Counted from the stretch's first letter, positions 38,410 to 52,281 are shown. The stretch is DNA of 64,000 nt from Nymphaea colorata (GCF_008831285.2 NC_045138.2:22816001-22880000); one strand, 5' to 3'. Made by a program: numbers and translations. The notes: a model not told the origin generated them from the sequence alone.

Positions 38410-38513
38410 GGAAAAGGTTGGAGCTCACAGTCGTCCCTTTTACCTATCTAAAGAGTTGTAAAAGAGGGGAAAAGGTGAGAGCTCATAGTCGTCTTTTCTG
38501 CCCATCTCGAGAG
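38410..38513. repeat. Diverged 58-bp-period tandem duplication
   Basis: GGAAAAGGT..GAGCTCA.AGTCGTC..TT...CC.ATCT...GAG at 38410 and 38468. Confidence 0.8.
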
Positions 38514-39889
38514 GGGAAAAAAAATAGAGAGATCTAGAGAGAGAGAGAGAGAGAAGAGAAGAGAGAGAAGCCTAGGTTGGAAAGTATGTAAAGGCAAAAG
38601 ACGTCATGCTTTTTGGAGTGGAGGTTGCATTATGGCTCAAAATGGATGGGCCCTTTGTTTTCTTTATAAGCTCTTGGATGATTATGCCTCCATTCAGGCC
38701 TTAGAGCATTGGCTTATTTAGTTCTTTGCTTTAAATATCTTTTCCACCCATATCGTCAGGCCGTGGAATATTCAAGACACGTAAACTGTACCGTTAAAGA
38801 TCCAAAAAAAGTTGATTGCCAACCAAGATCCCCATGTCGTTTCCTGCATTTTTTTTAAATTTCCCTGGTTTGTGCTCTGGCCAATTAATTTGGCCAAGTT
38901 CTGAGAAACGAGAGCCGTCCACCCTAGTTCAGTCCAGAAAAATATCGAGCATTCAGTGGAGCCCAATTAGGTATACGTACTCTCTTTGTTATATATATAT
39001 ATATATATCATGATCAATTCGGACGGTCTTGATGATTGGATGACTCTAAAAAAAACCAAAGACATCATTCAATGTTTCTATATACGTAATGACCCAGATC
39101 CATGTGAGCTGGGGCAGTCTTTCTTGGTGTTAGAATCTTACCAACTCATTCTGACAATTTGTTGCAAGTCTGACTTTGATTTTGTGCACAACTATATATA
39201 TATATATATGAGTGGTAGCAGCTAAACAGAGAAAATAAAATGAAAATTTTTACAAATTGTTATAACTAGCCACTAATTCATGGATCCATTCATCTCCTTG
39301 TTTCATTTCCTTACAATATTAAATCCTTGCAAGGGAAACCAGACCCTAATATCATGGTGGCGACAAGATGGCTGGTGAAGGGTTATAAAATCTAATGAAC
39401 AACTGAGCTATCCAGCTAGAGGATCGTCCAAACACATTAAAATGAATCTGAAATCGCAGAAGCTAGCGGACCCACGGTGAACCCATTCTGCCCATGCCAC
39501 GTGAGTGCCGGGCCTCAGTAGGCTCAGGTTAATCAGTCCTATCAACTCTGAGTTTGGTTAATTGGGTGGACCTCTGGACAGCCATGCAATAGTACTCAAA
39601 GTAAGCTTTTATGTGCTTTGTTCCTTCCCTGACAGTGACTCTTGACCGTGCAAAGTTGTGAGTCCTGAGCCATGGCTTACTTACTGGGCTAAAGGTTGGA
39701 TTATTATTTTGCTTTACTTAAATATAAAAATATTATTATTTTTTAGCTTTTTTATTTATGAGTGTCCATTCAAGTATAAAATTTAAATCATTCAACCAAA
39801 AATTTCTAGCTCTGCCACTTTTCTTATCTTAACCTTAGAGTAGCTATAAAGGTCAACCTGGTTGCCAGGCTTTGTGTTAGGTAGCAAGC

Positions 39890-40053
39890 CAGTGGCTTGG
39901 CCAAGATTTTTCATCACTGGGGCACTTGTGCAGGTAACACAATGATGTGGGCATTGCATATAAATTTAAAGTCGTAACAATATGAAGTTAACACATTATA
40001 ATAAAATTTTTGATTGCTGGTGTGGGTAGTGGCCCACCCAACCAACACGTAGT
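39890..40053. mobile_element. Degenerate CAGTGGCGG-family MITE
   Basis: CAGTGGCTTGGCCAAGATTTTT start. GCTGGTGTGGGTAGTGGCCCACCC near the end. Confidence 0.55.
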
Positions 40054-42639
40054 AACTTACCGTAGAAAGCCCCCTTTCCAATGTTGGGGTGTTTTCATCC
40101 TTTTATAAAAATATTTTTCCTAATTTCATTCTTGTCTTTATAAAAGGGAAGTCTTCTTGTTTATCATAGGCGATGCTATTTTTGGCTCCTAAAAGACAGT
40201 CTCGTCCTATCATATAACCTGTTCTCAAAGATACAGCTGATTTTAAATATTAAAAAACATGAGCACACATTCTAAACTGATTTCCCCTTGAGAAAGAGTG
40301 AACCGCGTTCACATTTCCGTCACCTTTGTTCGGATAAGAGAAGCCCATTTCTCTGCAGCTGTGTTTGTGTCCTTGCACACACCAACAAGCACATGCGCAT
40401 GTGCATGCATGCGCGTGCAAGTGCCGGCTTCATATAAGTGCGTGCAAAACTGCACTTGTACATGTGCCGATACAGAGGGATTTGCAGCCCGAAGTCCGAC
40501 GGGAAAGGAAAAAACCAAATGTGGACAGGCAGCAGGCATAAGAGTGCACGGAGGAGTCAGGTTTTGTACACATTGATCGGGAAAATGAGGACAGAAGCTG
40601 TGCTTCTGAACGCCCCCAGAGTCCCAGACCTCTTCCAAACCTTTGACCGACGGTCCATCCTACGTACAGCGCCCTCCAGAAAGGGACCCACTTCTCGGCT
40701 CAGACTTAGTAATGAATCGTCGGTCAAATTCTGCAAGTGGGTTCGTGCCATATAAATAATAAGAAAAACAGGGGTCAGACTGCTGAAGCGAATCATACAC
40801 AAAGAGCCATAACTTAATGATACTAAAGCAACGACAGAGCTGCGATGTGGGCTGGCGACAGCGCCTACCAAAGGAACCTCAAGACAAGTTTATAAGGACA
40901 GCTTGACAGTGGTAAAATTTTGTTACCTGGTGAAGTAATTTTTCTTCATTTTTGAGAAGCAAATTCATGAGACATTAACACATTAACAGTATGCCAAGTA
41001 AGTGACACACAACAGTTAAAGCTTAAGTTTTAACCGGTGGCTTAAGGGAGGACAAGTTCAAGACTTCCAACTCTTTTTAGACCGCATGCCTTGCAGCTGT
41101 TCACGGCGAGGCTCTATCAGTTTTTGCAAATTCAACTAGATCTACCTATAAAATGGGAATATAAATTTGTAAATTTGAAATAAAATAATCTAAATCCGAT
41201 GCTCCAACTGGATTTCGAGATGCCCAATTTTTTTTATTAATTTAAAAGTCTAAAATGTCGACTTAAACACTTCATAATATACGCATCAGCCTTCACCTTT
41301 CATCCGGAAAACAGAAATTCAAAAGGCAAGGAAAAATTGGATCTGAGCTAGTTGGATACATGACGCCAAATGACAATATAGTAGTCATTTTTATGAAAAC
41401 GTCCAATTCTTCTGCTTTGATAGCTTATTTATTCTGTCTTGGTTTCCTCGGCTGCCTTGTAATCTGGAATTTGAATCAGTATTTTCATATGTAAGGTTAT
41501 TGGAACTTTATGACCATCAAGCAGTTCAAATCCGAGTGCGTAGAAGTATGCTTTCAAGGCCTCATGTTCATTCATTGGAATCCAAATGAGAAAATACATT
41601 GTTAAAATGTCCGTCGTCTATACGTTTTGATGCCTTATCTGTGCCTGTTGGTGTGGAGAGATGGTTCATTCTTGCACATCTCATGCTGTGGTGATTGATA
41701 GAGGAACGGAGCATATGCTAGAATCAAATGCCAGACAACCCTAGCTGAGGGGCACGCTTAAGTTTAAATTTCAAACTTCAGATAACTCATATCTAAAAAC
41801 TGAAAATTAATGAAGTTGCTATATGTAAATAAAGTGAAATTTGTGAGCTGGTGTCAGCTACAATGTAGATTTGCCACTACCTAAGGGCTTCCACTAAGAA
41901 ATCCTACCACTATGTCAACTGAAATCAACTGGTTTCATGTTGCACTTTTCATAGCGAGTTCGGAAACCAAATGGAGCTGCTTGTGAGCACTGAAACTTCT
42001 CATTCTTCTGTGCCATGGGTGCAGCAATGTCTTCTGATATCATGAAGGGTTATTCGCTTTTCCGAATAGGTTGTAACTTCCATTGCCACAAACGAGCTTG
42101 AATGTGTAGTGTAAATGTGTTCAAGTAGAGTTTGGACTCAGTTAGAGGTGTTCAACCTTACAGTTTGATTATCATTGTACTATTAATAAGGACAAAATCT
42201 AGCTTAAAATAAGCTACCATGTTTTATGTCATTCAAGAAACTTAGGATTCCTTTGAGTAGGTTAATTTGCTTCAACAGGTAAAAGTTCAGTCCTGAAGAG
42301 AATCTTTCCATTGAAGTAATCTGTTAAGTTATACCTCTTAAAGATGGTGAATGCAGTGATTCTTATAAGAGGAAATTGTTACATGTCACAGATGTGTAGC
42401 TAGGAGCAAGTATAGTGAAAGGAATCATCAGACCTGTCGAGTTGTTGACTGTTCCGTCGTGGTGGTTGTTCTGAGCCACTGTGGATAAGATAGATGTGGA
42501 ACTAATATCAAAGATCAAGACCAGATATCAACTCAAAAGCCTTGTATTGCCATGAGAAAAAACCTGAGTTCTAGCTGAAAACACTCTTGGAAGAGCAATA
42601 TATTGAATAAAAATAAAAATAACGAAGAAAAGAGATTGA

Positions 42640-43600
42640 TCGATCATGGGTTTTCACCACAGAAGGCCACCAATGGCAGACACCCTTGTTTAATCTAGGA
42701 GGAAGCTAAATTTACTCCTTGTTCAAGGAGTAGATAATTACAACTTTTTTGTAAAAGCTCCATCATCAAAGCTAATAATGCCCCTTCACTTCCCATAACA
42801 TCTTCATCATCATTATCTCTAGTGCCTAACATTAGCAGATTTGGCACCTTTGCCAGCATCCACTTTTTCCATTTTTTCATGATAATAAGTACTTTTTCAT
42901 TCTCCCTCAAACTGGAGGTCGAATTGCTAAGTCAAGTTTGTTGTAGAGACCACTGCTTTGATGGAAGGCCGTGAACACTTTAGTTGATGTATAGACCTTC
43001 TTCAACAAGCAATTTCATTCTTCACCACCGGACACCAAATTGCTAACTCATATTTGCTTAAGAGATCATGGCTTTGATGGAAGGCAATTAATCTTTGTTT
43101 GATGCATAGACCATTTTCAACAAGAACTTTCATTCTCCATCACTACAAGATCCCAAACTTAAGCATCCCTTTGAAGTTGGGATGTTTTTCTCTGCACCCA
43201 CCACACCTTTGTTTCGGAATATGGAAATCAACTTTGCAGAAAAAGCCAACAATCTCTTGATCCTTTGAAGCTTTCATCAGCGAGAACATGTTCTGGTACC
43301 ATATACAAAAAATAAAAACAACAACACAAAAAGATTGATCTTGGGTTTTCACCATGGAAGGCCACCGTGGGCCTTGAATCCATAGCATAGATGACATCCT
43401 TATTTAATCTAGGAGTAAACTAAATTTACTCCTTGATTCAAGGAGTAGATAGTACTTACAACTTTTTTGTAACAGCTCCATCATTGCAGGTAATAGTGCT
43501 TCACTTTCCATAATAGCTTCATCAATTTTATTTTGTTTGATAACAGTAGCAGAATTGGTGCCCATTGCTAACATCCTCTTTTTCTTTTTCTTTTTTCACG
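42640..43600. repeat. Nested diverged duplications (~260-bp repeat pair flanking a ~117-bp tandem pair)
   Basis: ~42640-42900 resembles ~43335-43600, and ~42915-43025 resembles ~43032-43143. Confidence 0.8.
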
Positions 43601-45212
43601 ATGACACGTATCCTTTTCACAGTATACCACTCCAAAGCTCCACAATTAATGTTTTACTAGCAAAAAAGAAAAATCTGAAGAAAGCAGAAGAAATCTAGAA
43701 ATATCCTCATCTATCCTCCATTAAAAAGAATTTTAAACTCAACAATAACAAAACAACAAGAGAGAGAGTATTTATGGCTTGAGCAAAGATCAAGATGAAG
43801 CAGGAGGTTCTCTTCTTCTTCTTCTCCCTATTCGTTTTCTTCAAGGAGATGAAATCAAAAGGCTGGTGATGGCTTAGAGAAGTGGATGATAACAGTGGAC
43901 GCATGGACGTGAGAGGAGAAGAGGGGAAAAAAATAAGGAAAAGGCTTGCACATTCCTTGTGCAGCATCAACGAAATTCAATGATCCATGGCGACAGGTGA
44001 AGCAGAAATTGGTGTCGACGAATGAACAGCATTGGTGTCATCTAAAACTTTTATAGTGGAAGACGTTGAGGGTGTATGGGAAATGAAAGGAGAAGGTTTA
44101 GAGAAGGAAGAGCTAAATGGGGGAAGAGGACAATGAGTTTCATGGGCTTTTGGACGTGTTCTTAGTTAAGGTAGAGGTTTTGCTTGCATGGAGAGAAAGT
44201 AGGCGAAAGCCGATACAAGCTGTTCTATGTGTTGGCAAAAATGTGTTGGCAAATATGGTAGTGTGCATAGTGTTGTGATCTGTCTCAATCCCTCAACTAG
44301 TCTACACTCTTCTTAATGTTTTTTAAGTTTGTCTTTCTTCACTGAAAGAAAACTGCTATTGGCACTTGTCAAACTTTCATTTATACTTTTAACTTACCAT
44401 GACCATAAAATGGGTAATCGTTAGGAGGCATCATCAAAACATGCCATCCTCCAAGTTTTCCTGCATTAATATGAAAATTTAGATAACAGTTCTAGAATGT
44501 AAGTACGTAGCCAAAGTTGGTTGCTAAATTTATACTTTTCGTGTAGAAAAAATCTTTTCTATTATGGTTCAAAAAAAGAGAGTAATTCCTAGGACTCTAC
44601 ATACCATAGCCAAACTTTAGTTCAAACCTACCATCGTCCAAACTTTATTTCACATCAATATACCATCATACTTTGAAACAATGAGTTTAATTCTCTTAGT
44701 CGTTAGTGCCATTTGTTTCTTCTAAGTTGATTCTAAAGTTAAGTTCCTCATAATAAAAAGCTGCAAGTCTGCCCTCATCCACATTAACTTACTTCCACCA
44801 CTTTGTTGCATCTTGTTCTCAAATTCCCTTCTCCAAAACAGCCATTGCTTCAAGATGACTCGGTATTATATATAGAATCCAACTCACATTAATTAGGAAA
44901 AACATTATTCAGATAATGTCAAAAAAGCAGGAGGTGCACACCGTCGGGCGGTGCCTGGAAGGGAAGGTGCACCATTGGTGGGTGCAGAGGATAGGGGAAA
45001 GGGATTCCCTCCTCCTCCATCCGGTGGCGGAAGAAGGAAGGAGGGGGCGATGGGGTGGTAAGAAGTGTTAGGATGAAAGAAAAAAAAAAGTAGTAATAAA
45101 AAATAGTAATAATGAATAAAAAATGTAAAAAGGAGCTTAAATGAGAACCATCAAAAAGATGGATGGCCTTCATTTGATGTCCCAAGATGTTAACTAAAAG
45201 GTAAAGTCAGGG

Positions 45213-45301
<89 letters not shown>

Positions 45302-46209
45302 TACATAAAAGAAAACAATAATGTGTAAGAAAAATATAATTTACATACTGAAAAAATAAACAAAAACATATAACATATTCAATTACATCACAACGAAAGA
45401 TCAAAGCAACCAAGAATAACAGCTAAACAGATCTTGTGCATTCTGGTTGACTCATGTGGATGCATCAAGCCTGCCCATAGGTTGTGTTCATGTCCATGAA
45501 ATTCTGAATTGCAGGAGTTGCAAGAGTAGGTAGCAACAGTTAGAAGAGTAATTTAAATAGTTGCTAAATTCCTACATAAATAATTGTAGTAAGTACTTAA
45601 ACTATTGATTTTGTATCAAATACAGAGGCAACACAAAATAGATAGGATAATGCCAACCTGTTAAGGTAAAAATGCAAAATCAGTTAAAAACCACGTTCAA
45701 GAATACTTTTGAACTCCACGCCATAGTTTAGAAGAAAACACAGGAGATGTAGTGATGCTTAAGAATGACTTCTTCTTTCTTCTACCCGACCATACCAAAA
45801 TTTAAATTATTTAATATTGTCACCTTGTCATCAAAAGTGAAGCACAAAGCCCTTACCAAAATTCATTATAAAAATAATATTGGTCCTGTTGAAGAAAAAC
45901 CATAAAAATATGTTAGGCTTTTAGGAAAATAAATCACATGCAACGCACTCATAGACATATGTGAGCTTTTTTTTCGATGACGGCATATGAAAGATTAAGA
46001 CAAGCATTCTTCATAGCATTTGTAGAATTACTTGGTACAATAAGAAAATGATCAGTGAGTTTTGACCAACACATGAACTGTAATGTTATTAACTCATAAA
46101 ATTAGCAAAATAACGGAGTAATCATTGTCAAATACCAATAAGAGTATTTGTTCACATGTCTATTTGAACAACCGAATGTAGGAATCGACTAAGATTGAAA
46201 GAACATGAA

Positions 46210-46500
46210 CAATGTAATGTTTGTAGCAATTTGAAAACAAACATCTAGTTCCTTATCCATTTTTCTTTTTAAAATACTAAATTTAAACCATAATATAATC
46301 AAATAACAATATATTGATCTCACACCTTTCAATGTTACACTGGTTTGTAGAATAGGAGGGGCAATGTAATGTTTGTAGCAATTTGAATACAAACATCTAT
46401 TTGGTCATATATTTTTCTTATTAGAACACTAAATTTAACTGGAGTATAATAAAAGAACAATATATTGATGCCTCACCCTTCAATGTGATATTGGCTTATA
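46210..46500. repeat. ~152-bp-period tandem duplication
   Basis: CAATGTAATGTTTGTAGCAATTTGAA.ACAAACATCTA...ACAATATATTGAT..TTCAATGT at 46210 and 46362. Confidence 0.85.
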
Positions 46501-48503
46501 GAAATATTGATGGGCCAAACCTTCAATGTTCAGATACAGCGGCAACCAGGATGAAATAATGAAATTTTCAAAAAGAAATTATCTTGCTTAATTTGATGAA
46601 AAAAGTTACTCCTAGTTGACAAGTTATTTTGTCTAATAGATACTAAATGTTTATGAAAAATAGATCATACCAGTAAGTTGTCAAATTGTAGACAAGGTAA
46701 ATGCACTTTTTGTCAGTAAGACCAAATTTAGTATTCCTGATCATCCCTTAGATGCTTTGAAACTACTAGAAGTCGACTCACAACATCTCTATCCAAGATC
46801 CTTTCTGCAATAGAGAGAGGTTCACATTGAGAGCTACTGTCCACATTTTGGATGATAACCCCCACATGTTAGCTAAATGTCATATATTAAAGACTTTTTC
46901 ACATGTCGAGACAAGAAAATAATGAAAAAGAGTTTTACCTACAATTTAGGCTAACAATGATCCAATTGCTTGTGAGAGAATCTTATAGTTGTTATGGTCA
47001 TGGAAACATTAACAGGAGAAACACTTAGATTAAGTTAATGGAGAGCTTGTTGAGATGAATTTCCACAATCTAGGTACTTTAGTCAGTTGTTTTTGTGACA
47101 TATTCAAAGGTAGTAGGTCTTCGTAAAAGACAACAAATTTGAGGTGTACGAACCACATTAGGTTCTCAAGGGAAGTGGCAACTATTTCGATTATTGAACC
47201 ACTGAACTCCCAAAAAAAAGAAGCTTCCAAAGCCTCTTTTCAACCAATTTTTTGGTTCCAAATTCATACAGTTCTACGTGGATGGCTTCAATATTGCAAT
47301 GTTGATAATAAAATCATTTTCCTATTCCATGTGCAACAACAGATGTTCCACAAATGAGAAAAGTAAATTCCAATGCACAAGCACTTACCATCATGTGGAA
47401 TATCCAAAGAAAAAGTGAGACAAACCTATGAAATCAGTTGCTAGGATTTGCCTTTGTATGATAGGCTAACAAAATTACAAATGTATTAAGGAAAATTCAA
47501 GCTTCACAACAGTCGTACACAATGAGATCCATTATGGCAGTTTATTCTACTAGCAGGTGCATAAACAAGTCATGAGAACAAGAAAGGTCATCAAAAACTT
47601 GAAAACATACTCAAAGAACATAAATCGTTTTTGTTTAAGTAGATTTTATATGGACATAAAAAAAAAAGTGGTTTGAGTTTTTTTCCACTTAAAAAAAATA
47701 GCTATAATATGTTCTCAAACTTGAAGAAAACATCCATGAAAGAGAGAGAGAGAGAGGTACTAATATCTTAACATGCATGATGTTGTGAGTTAAAGATACA
47801 AAAGTGAAGTAGCATAACCAAAATTGCTTGTGTTTAATGACTCAAAGAATCATGAACCCAATTGAAGACTACAAACAAAAGTGACAAGGCTACTAAATAA
47901 ATTACTTCACAGTTTATTTCATTTTTTCAATTCTGCAAGTAACAAACCATGTTGAAGTTGTTGATTTAATATCATAAAATCAAGCAATTATATAGATGTC
48001 TAAATATGTTAAGTGTGTATAATACTGGTCTTTAAATCTTACCAGATGTTGAAGTTTGCCTATGTGTTCATGAACTCCTTGATTATTCGCTCCATGAGAC
48101 ACTCCATATTGAATAATTTTCTATGTTCTATAGCCATTTAAGTCCAAGAGTTCATTTCAACAGATATCAGATTTATGAATAGATTTGTAGTACGAATTTG
48201 GGACCCATTTCTAAATCATGTTTATGTTTCATAACGTTTTTCTTGATAGTTTGTGATGTTATAAGTATGTGTATGGAAGTCTTGCGGATGGTGTAAGTAT
48301 TAAACACTTCCACTCTTGCCTCCCACTCTCCCACGTTCACCAAGTATGGCTGTATGCATTAATCACTTTCGCTCTTGCCTCTCCCTCTCCCATGATCACA
48401 CCTCTCTTTGCCTCTTTTTCTTTCAATTGATGCTTTTTCCTCTCTCTCTCTCTCTCTCGCTCTCTCTCTCTTCCACCATCTCCCAAATATGATTTTCACC
48501 AAC

Positions 48504-50021
48504 TCTTTGCATCCTCAAAAAATCTATTTTGGTCTTTGAAGTGCTCTAGAAAAATGAAGTTTTATTTTGAAATGAGAAAAAAGGAACTCGTTTATCAGTA
48601 CGAGAATTAACCGTTTTCGGTGCCTTTACCGGAAGTAACCAATCCAATGACTATGTTTATTCTTGATGCACTTCATTTTGGCTTAAACATCTTTTTATTC
48701 TAAATGTGGTGTGATGTTTGAAAAATGTTGAAGATTTGATGTTTCAAATTTTTGAGAAAGATGGTGTAAAAAATTTGATGTGTGAAATTTTGAATTGAGA
48801 AATCTTTATAAATATCATTTGGAAACTTTTGAATATCACTTTCTAAAGTCAATTTAGTGTTCTCTTAAGACTTTAAGCAGGTTTTAGATTTTGCTCTAAT
48901 TCGGTTACTACCTACCTAGAGCTTCATCTCATCTTGTTTAAGTGTTTTTAGAGAGGTTTGTGATCATTTATGATGTTAGGTGAATGTGGATGTTGGAATG
49001 CATTGACCCTACATGATTAGAAGCAAATCATTCATTCTTACCACAACATTCATTTAAAAGCATTTCTACCACAACATACATCTAAGTTTCTCATTTTTAT
49101 TTGTATATTTATCATAAATGTTTTTATGAAGAGAGAAAAGTTTTTGAAAATGTTGAGGGGTTGTAGACCATTAATCATGATTCCAATATTTAGTCGTTAG
49201 TTTATTTTTTATATTGCTAAAGTTGGCAAATGGAAAGTTAAAACCTTAGATCTTGGAAGAAAAATATCCAAAAGAATGGAAAATAGAAAATACTTTAATC
49301 CGAGAGGAATAAAGAGAAAGAGATTTTAAAAATTACCAAATAAAAGATTTTAAAAGGGAGAGAGAGAGAGACATATTATTATATGTGTCGTGCGCATTGC
49401 ATGCTATCATGCGACGCACAGTCGCGCGACTAGGTTCAAAAAATAAAAAAAAAATAACAATAATAAAAAAATTAAATTAAATTAAACAAATAAATCCATA
49501 AAAAAGGGGGTCGTTCATAAAAAAACATAAAACTATTTTTTAAATGGATCTAAAATGGTTTTTGTTACAGTTAGGGGAGCCGACTCCTTTTTGAGTGATT
49601 CCATACTTGTTTTAGATCCAGATTGGGTTTGATTAGTTGCCAATGCAATTTAGTGGGTGGTTTAAGTTCAAAAATACATCTTGGCGGGAGAATAAAACGG
49701 AAAACAAAGGGAATGCATGTGTGGCGCTCATAGAATTAAATTTTGTTATTTTGATCTCATCTTTGGATTTCGAGTTTGAAATGCTTGATTTGGATCTAGA
49801 CTTGGGTTTTTAGATCTAATTCAGATCTGAGAGTTGGATTTCGGACTTGAATTTCGTGATTGGGTTCGGTAAGTTTAGAGATTCATTTGGATCAAATAGT
49901 CGCAACTTGTTTTGGGTCTAGGAATGGGATTAGGATTTAAAATTTTAAATCTAAACAACTGAGAGTTTTGTTTGGGTGAAAATAAAAGATAGTCTTTTTG
50001 AAAAAATTTGGGGTGATTACA
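48504..50021 (-). repeat. 3' LTR (~1.52 kb) of the Tat/Ogre element
   Basis: On the - strand it begins TGTAATCACCCC directly after PPT AAAGAGGAG-TATC (50034-50022). 48504-48880 aligns by eye with 63619-64000. Confidence 0.8.
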
Positions 50022-50116
50022 GATACTCCTCTTTGTTATTAAGCATGCACTAGCAGTGCTTAGTGACAAAGATGTGCACCCCAGATTTTTCAAACAAAAC
50101 ATGTTTGTAGTGATGT

Positions 50117-50318
50117 TTCAGGTTTAAACCCTTGAGCTAATTGAGTTCAGGTTTGACCCCTTACTTGAACGGATTTGGGCAAGATTGAGTTTAGGTTTGA
50201 CCTCTTACCTGAGCGGGTTACTTTGCATTGTAGGTTTTAACCCATTACCTGCATGGGTTGCTCTGCATGGGTTGCTCTGCATTTCAAGTTTGACCCCTTA
50301 CCTGCTTGTGTTGCTCTC
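50117..50318. repeat. Degenerate tandem array in the retrotransposon 3' UTR
   Basis: About five units of ~30-50 bp with core (A)GGTTTGACCCCTTACCTG, plus GCATGGGTTGCTCT x2. Confidence 0.8.
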
Positions 50319-50460
50319 AAGTCTTGAGTGATAATAATAAAAAAAAATTGCTCCAGTTTAATCGTTACATTTTACGATTGGGAAGAATCTAAAATGAATA
50401 GTAGATTAAATGTGAAAAACACAAATATTTGTCATTGATTGGAAAGTGAATACAAGGGGA

Positions 50461-51660
50461 CTAATTGTAGAATTTCTTGAAGTGAATAGTGTTAATAGGA
50501 TCGACAAGTTCCACCCCATCAGTATCAATCAACCGGTATGAATTACGGGGCAAGGCTTCCTTAATATGGGCCTTCCTAGTTTGGTGCCCACTTACCCTAT
50601 GGCTGTTCTCCAAGGTATACTACAAATCATAAGACCAAGTCATTCACTTTAAAGTATCTCTTGATAACTGACTTGGTAAATTGTCTAGCTACCTTTTGGT
50701 GATAGGTTTTAGCGTGCTCAGTCGCTTTTAACTTCTTTTCATCTACCAAATCGAGTTGCATTAGTCTCTTCTACTGATATTAAATAGAGGAAGCTCCATG
50801 AGAAAAGCGAACTTCAAGCGAGTTTTAGTACATGTAATAGTAGAACCACTTCCATTCCATAGACTAGCTCTATTGGAGTAGATTGTTGAAGTTCTCATAG
50901 TGGTGCGATATGTCCACTGAGTGTTTCGCATCTTTTCATGTCAGTCTCTTTCAATTTTTACTGCAGGATCTTATTGGTGGCCTCTGCTTGCCCATTATCT
51001 TGGAGGTAATAAGGAGCTAAAAAATGATGTGTGATACAGTATTTGCTACACAACTACCTCATCTTTTCATTTTTGAAATGAGTATCACTTTCAGATACTA
51101 TATCATGAGGGATTCCAAATATGCAAAGAAGATTTTTGTGAATGAATGATACTACATGATGTCCTTCTACTGTTCTGAGTGTGACGACTTATATCCATTT
51201 GATAAAATAGTCCGTTGCAGCAAGAAAATACTTAGACTGTTAGAAGTTGCAAGGTATATTGGTCCAACTACGTCAAATGCCTACATTAGAAATAGTTAAG
51301 AAGATGTTACAAAATGCAAGCGAGATCCTAATGCATGGATTATTGGAGCATATAGTTGACATTCTTTACATCTTTTGACCAATTGATAACAATTTTTGCA
51401 TAGTAGGTCAATAATATCTTGCTCGAATTATTTGCTTGGTGAGGGCTTGGTAACCAACATGGCTCTCACAGTCTCTTTGATGTGACTCTTCGATGACTTC
51501 CTTTGCCTCATCTTCATTAAGGTATCGAGAGTATTTGGTACCAACTCACGCCTATATAACACTCATGCAAGGATAAAGTACTTTGCCGACATGCGTTGGA
51601 TTGCTTTTTGTTCCTTTTTTAGCATTTTAGTCGAGAATTCTCCGCTCTCAATGTACCTTT
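50461..51660 (-). pseudogene. Gypsy integrase (decayed)
   Basis: EAKEVIEESH..CESH..YY*PTM (Zn finger), NGQAEATNKIL, GKWAPN*EGPY, DPINTIHFKKFYN*. Confidence 0.9.
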
Positions 51661-52281
51661 TGAAAAAATTTACAGGATGAAATTTCTCTGTCTTCCAATC
51701 TGAGGCCTTGTTTGATGATAGAGTAGAATTTAACATGGTAAATTTAACCATGTTTGATGCACATGGTAGTTTTTTGTAGAGTAAAATTAGCCATGTTTGA
51801 TGCATAGGGTAGAAATTTTTTCAGGATTGTTAGTAGTTGTTTTTTTTTTCTTCTCCTTCCCAATTTCACATGGGAACAAATTAGAAAATCATCTTCCAAA
51901 ACAACAAAATGTTGAGGTTTACACCTACGCATTAAGCATGCAGCACCAAAAAATTTAAGGTACAAAAAAAAGTAACACAGTTAGAACCATGACATCCACG
52001 AGTTCAATGTAGTTGACCAAATAGAACATAGAACCATAACACAGTTAAACCAATATGAAAGTCATAAAACCTTAACAAAAGTGTGTATTCCCATCCAAAA
52101 TATAAGTTTAATAAGTACATATCCAAAAAAAAAATGGTAATCACAAAACAAGTAATCCAACATTTGTGGTTGCACTTCCGTTCAACAAACTTCGTGCCTT
52201 TTATTTATTGCTTTGCGATGACATTTTCAATGACTGAAGGTCTACGTACTTACACACCATACATGTTGTGGAGATACTCAT

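Noticed and set aside
40557..40871. 104-aa - strand ORF and overlapping ORFs
   Set aside because: No family motif recognised; cannot be supported as coding.
49387..49432. GC-rich hairpin followed by CTAG (Helitron-like 3' end)
   Set aside because: Lies inside the LTR, CTAG is followed by G rather than T, and no matching 5' TC end was identified.
50117..50318. Repeat-spacer-like pattern (CRISPR-like)
   Set aside because: Eukaryotic retrotransposon 3' UTR; units are degenerate with related spacers and there are no cas genes.
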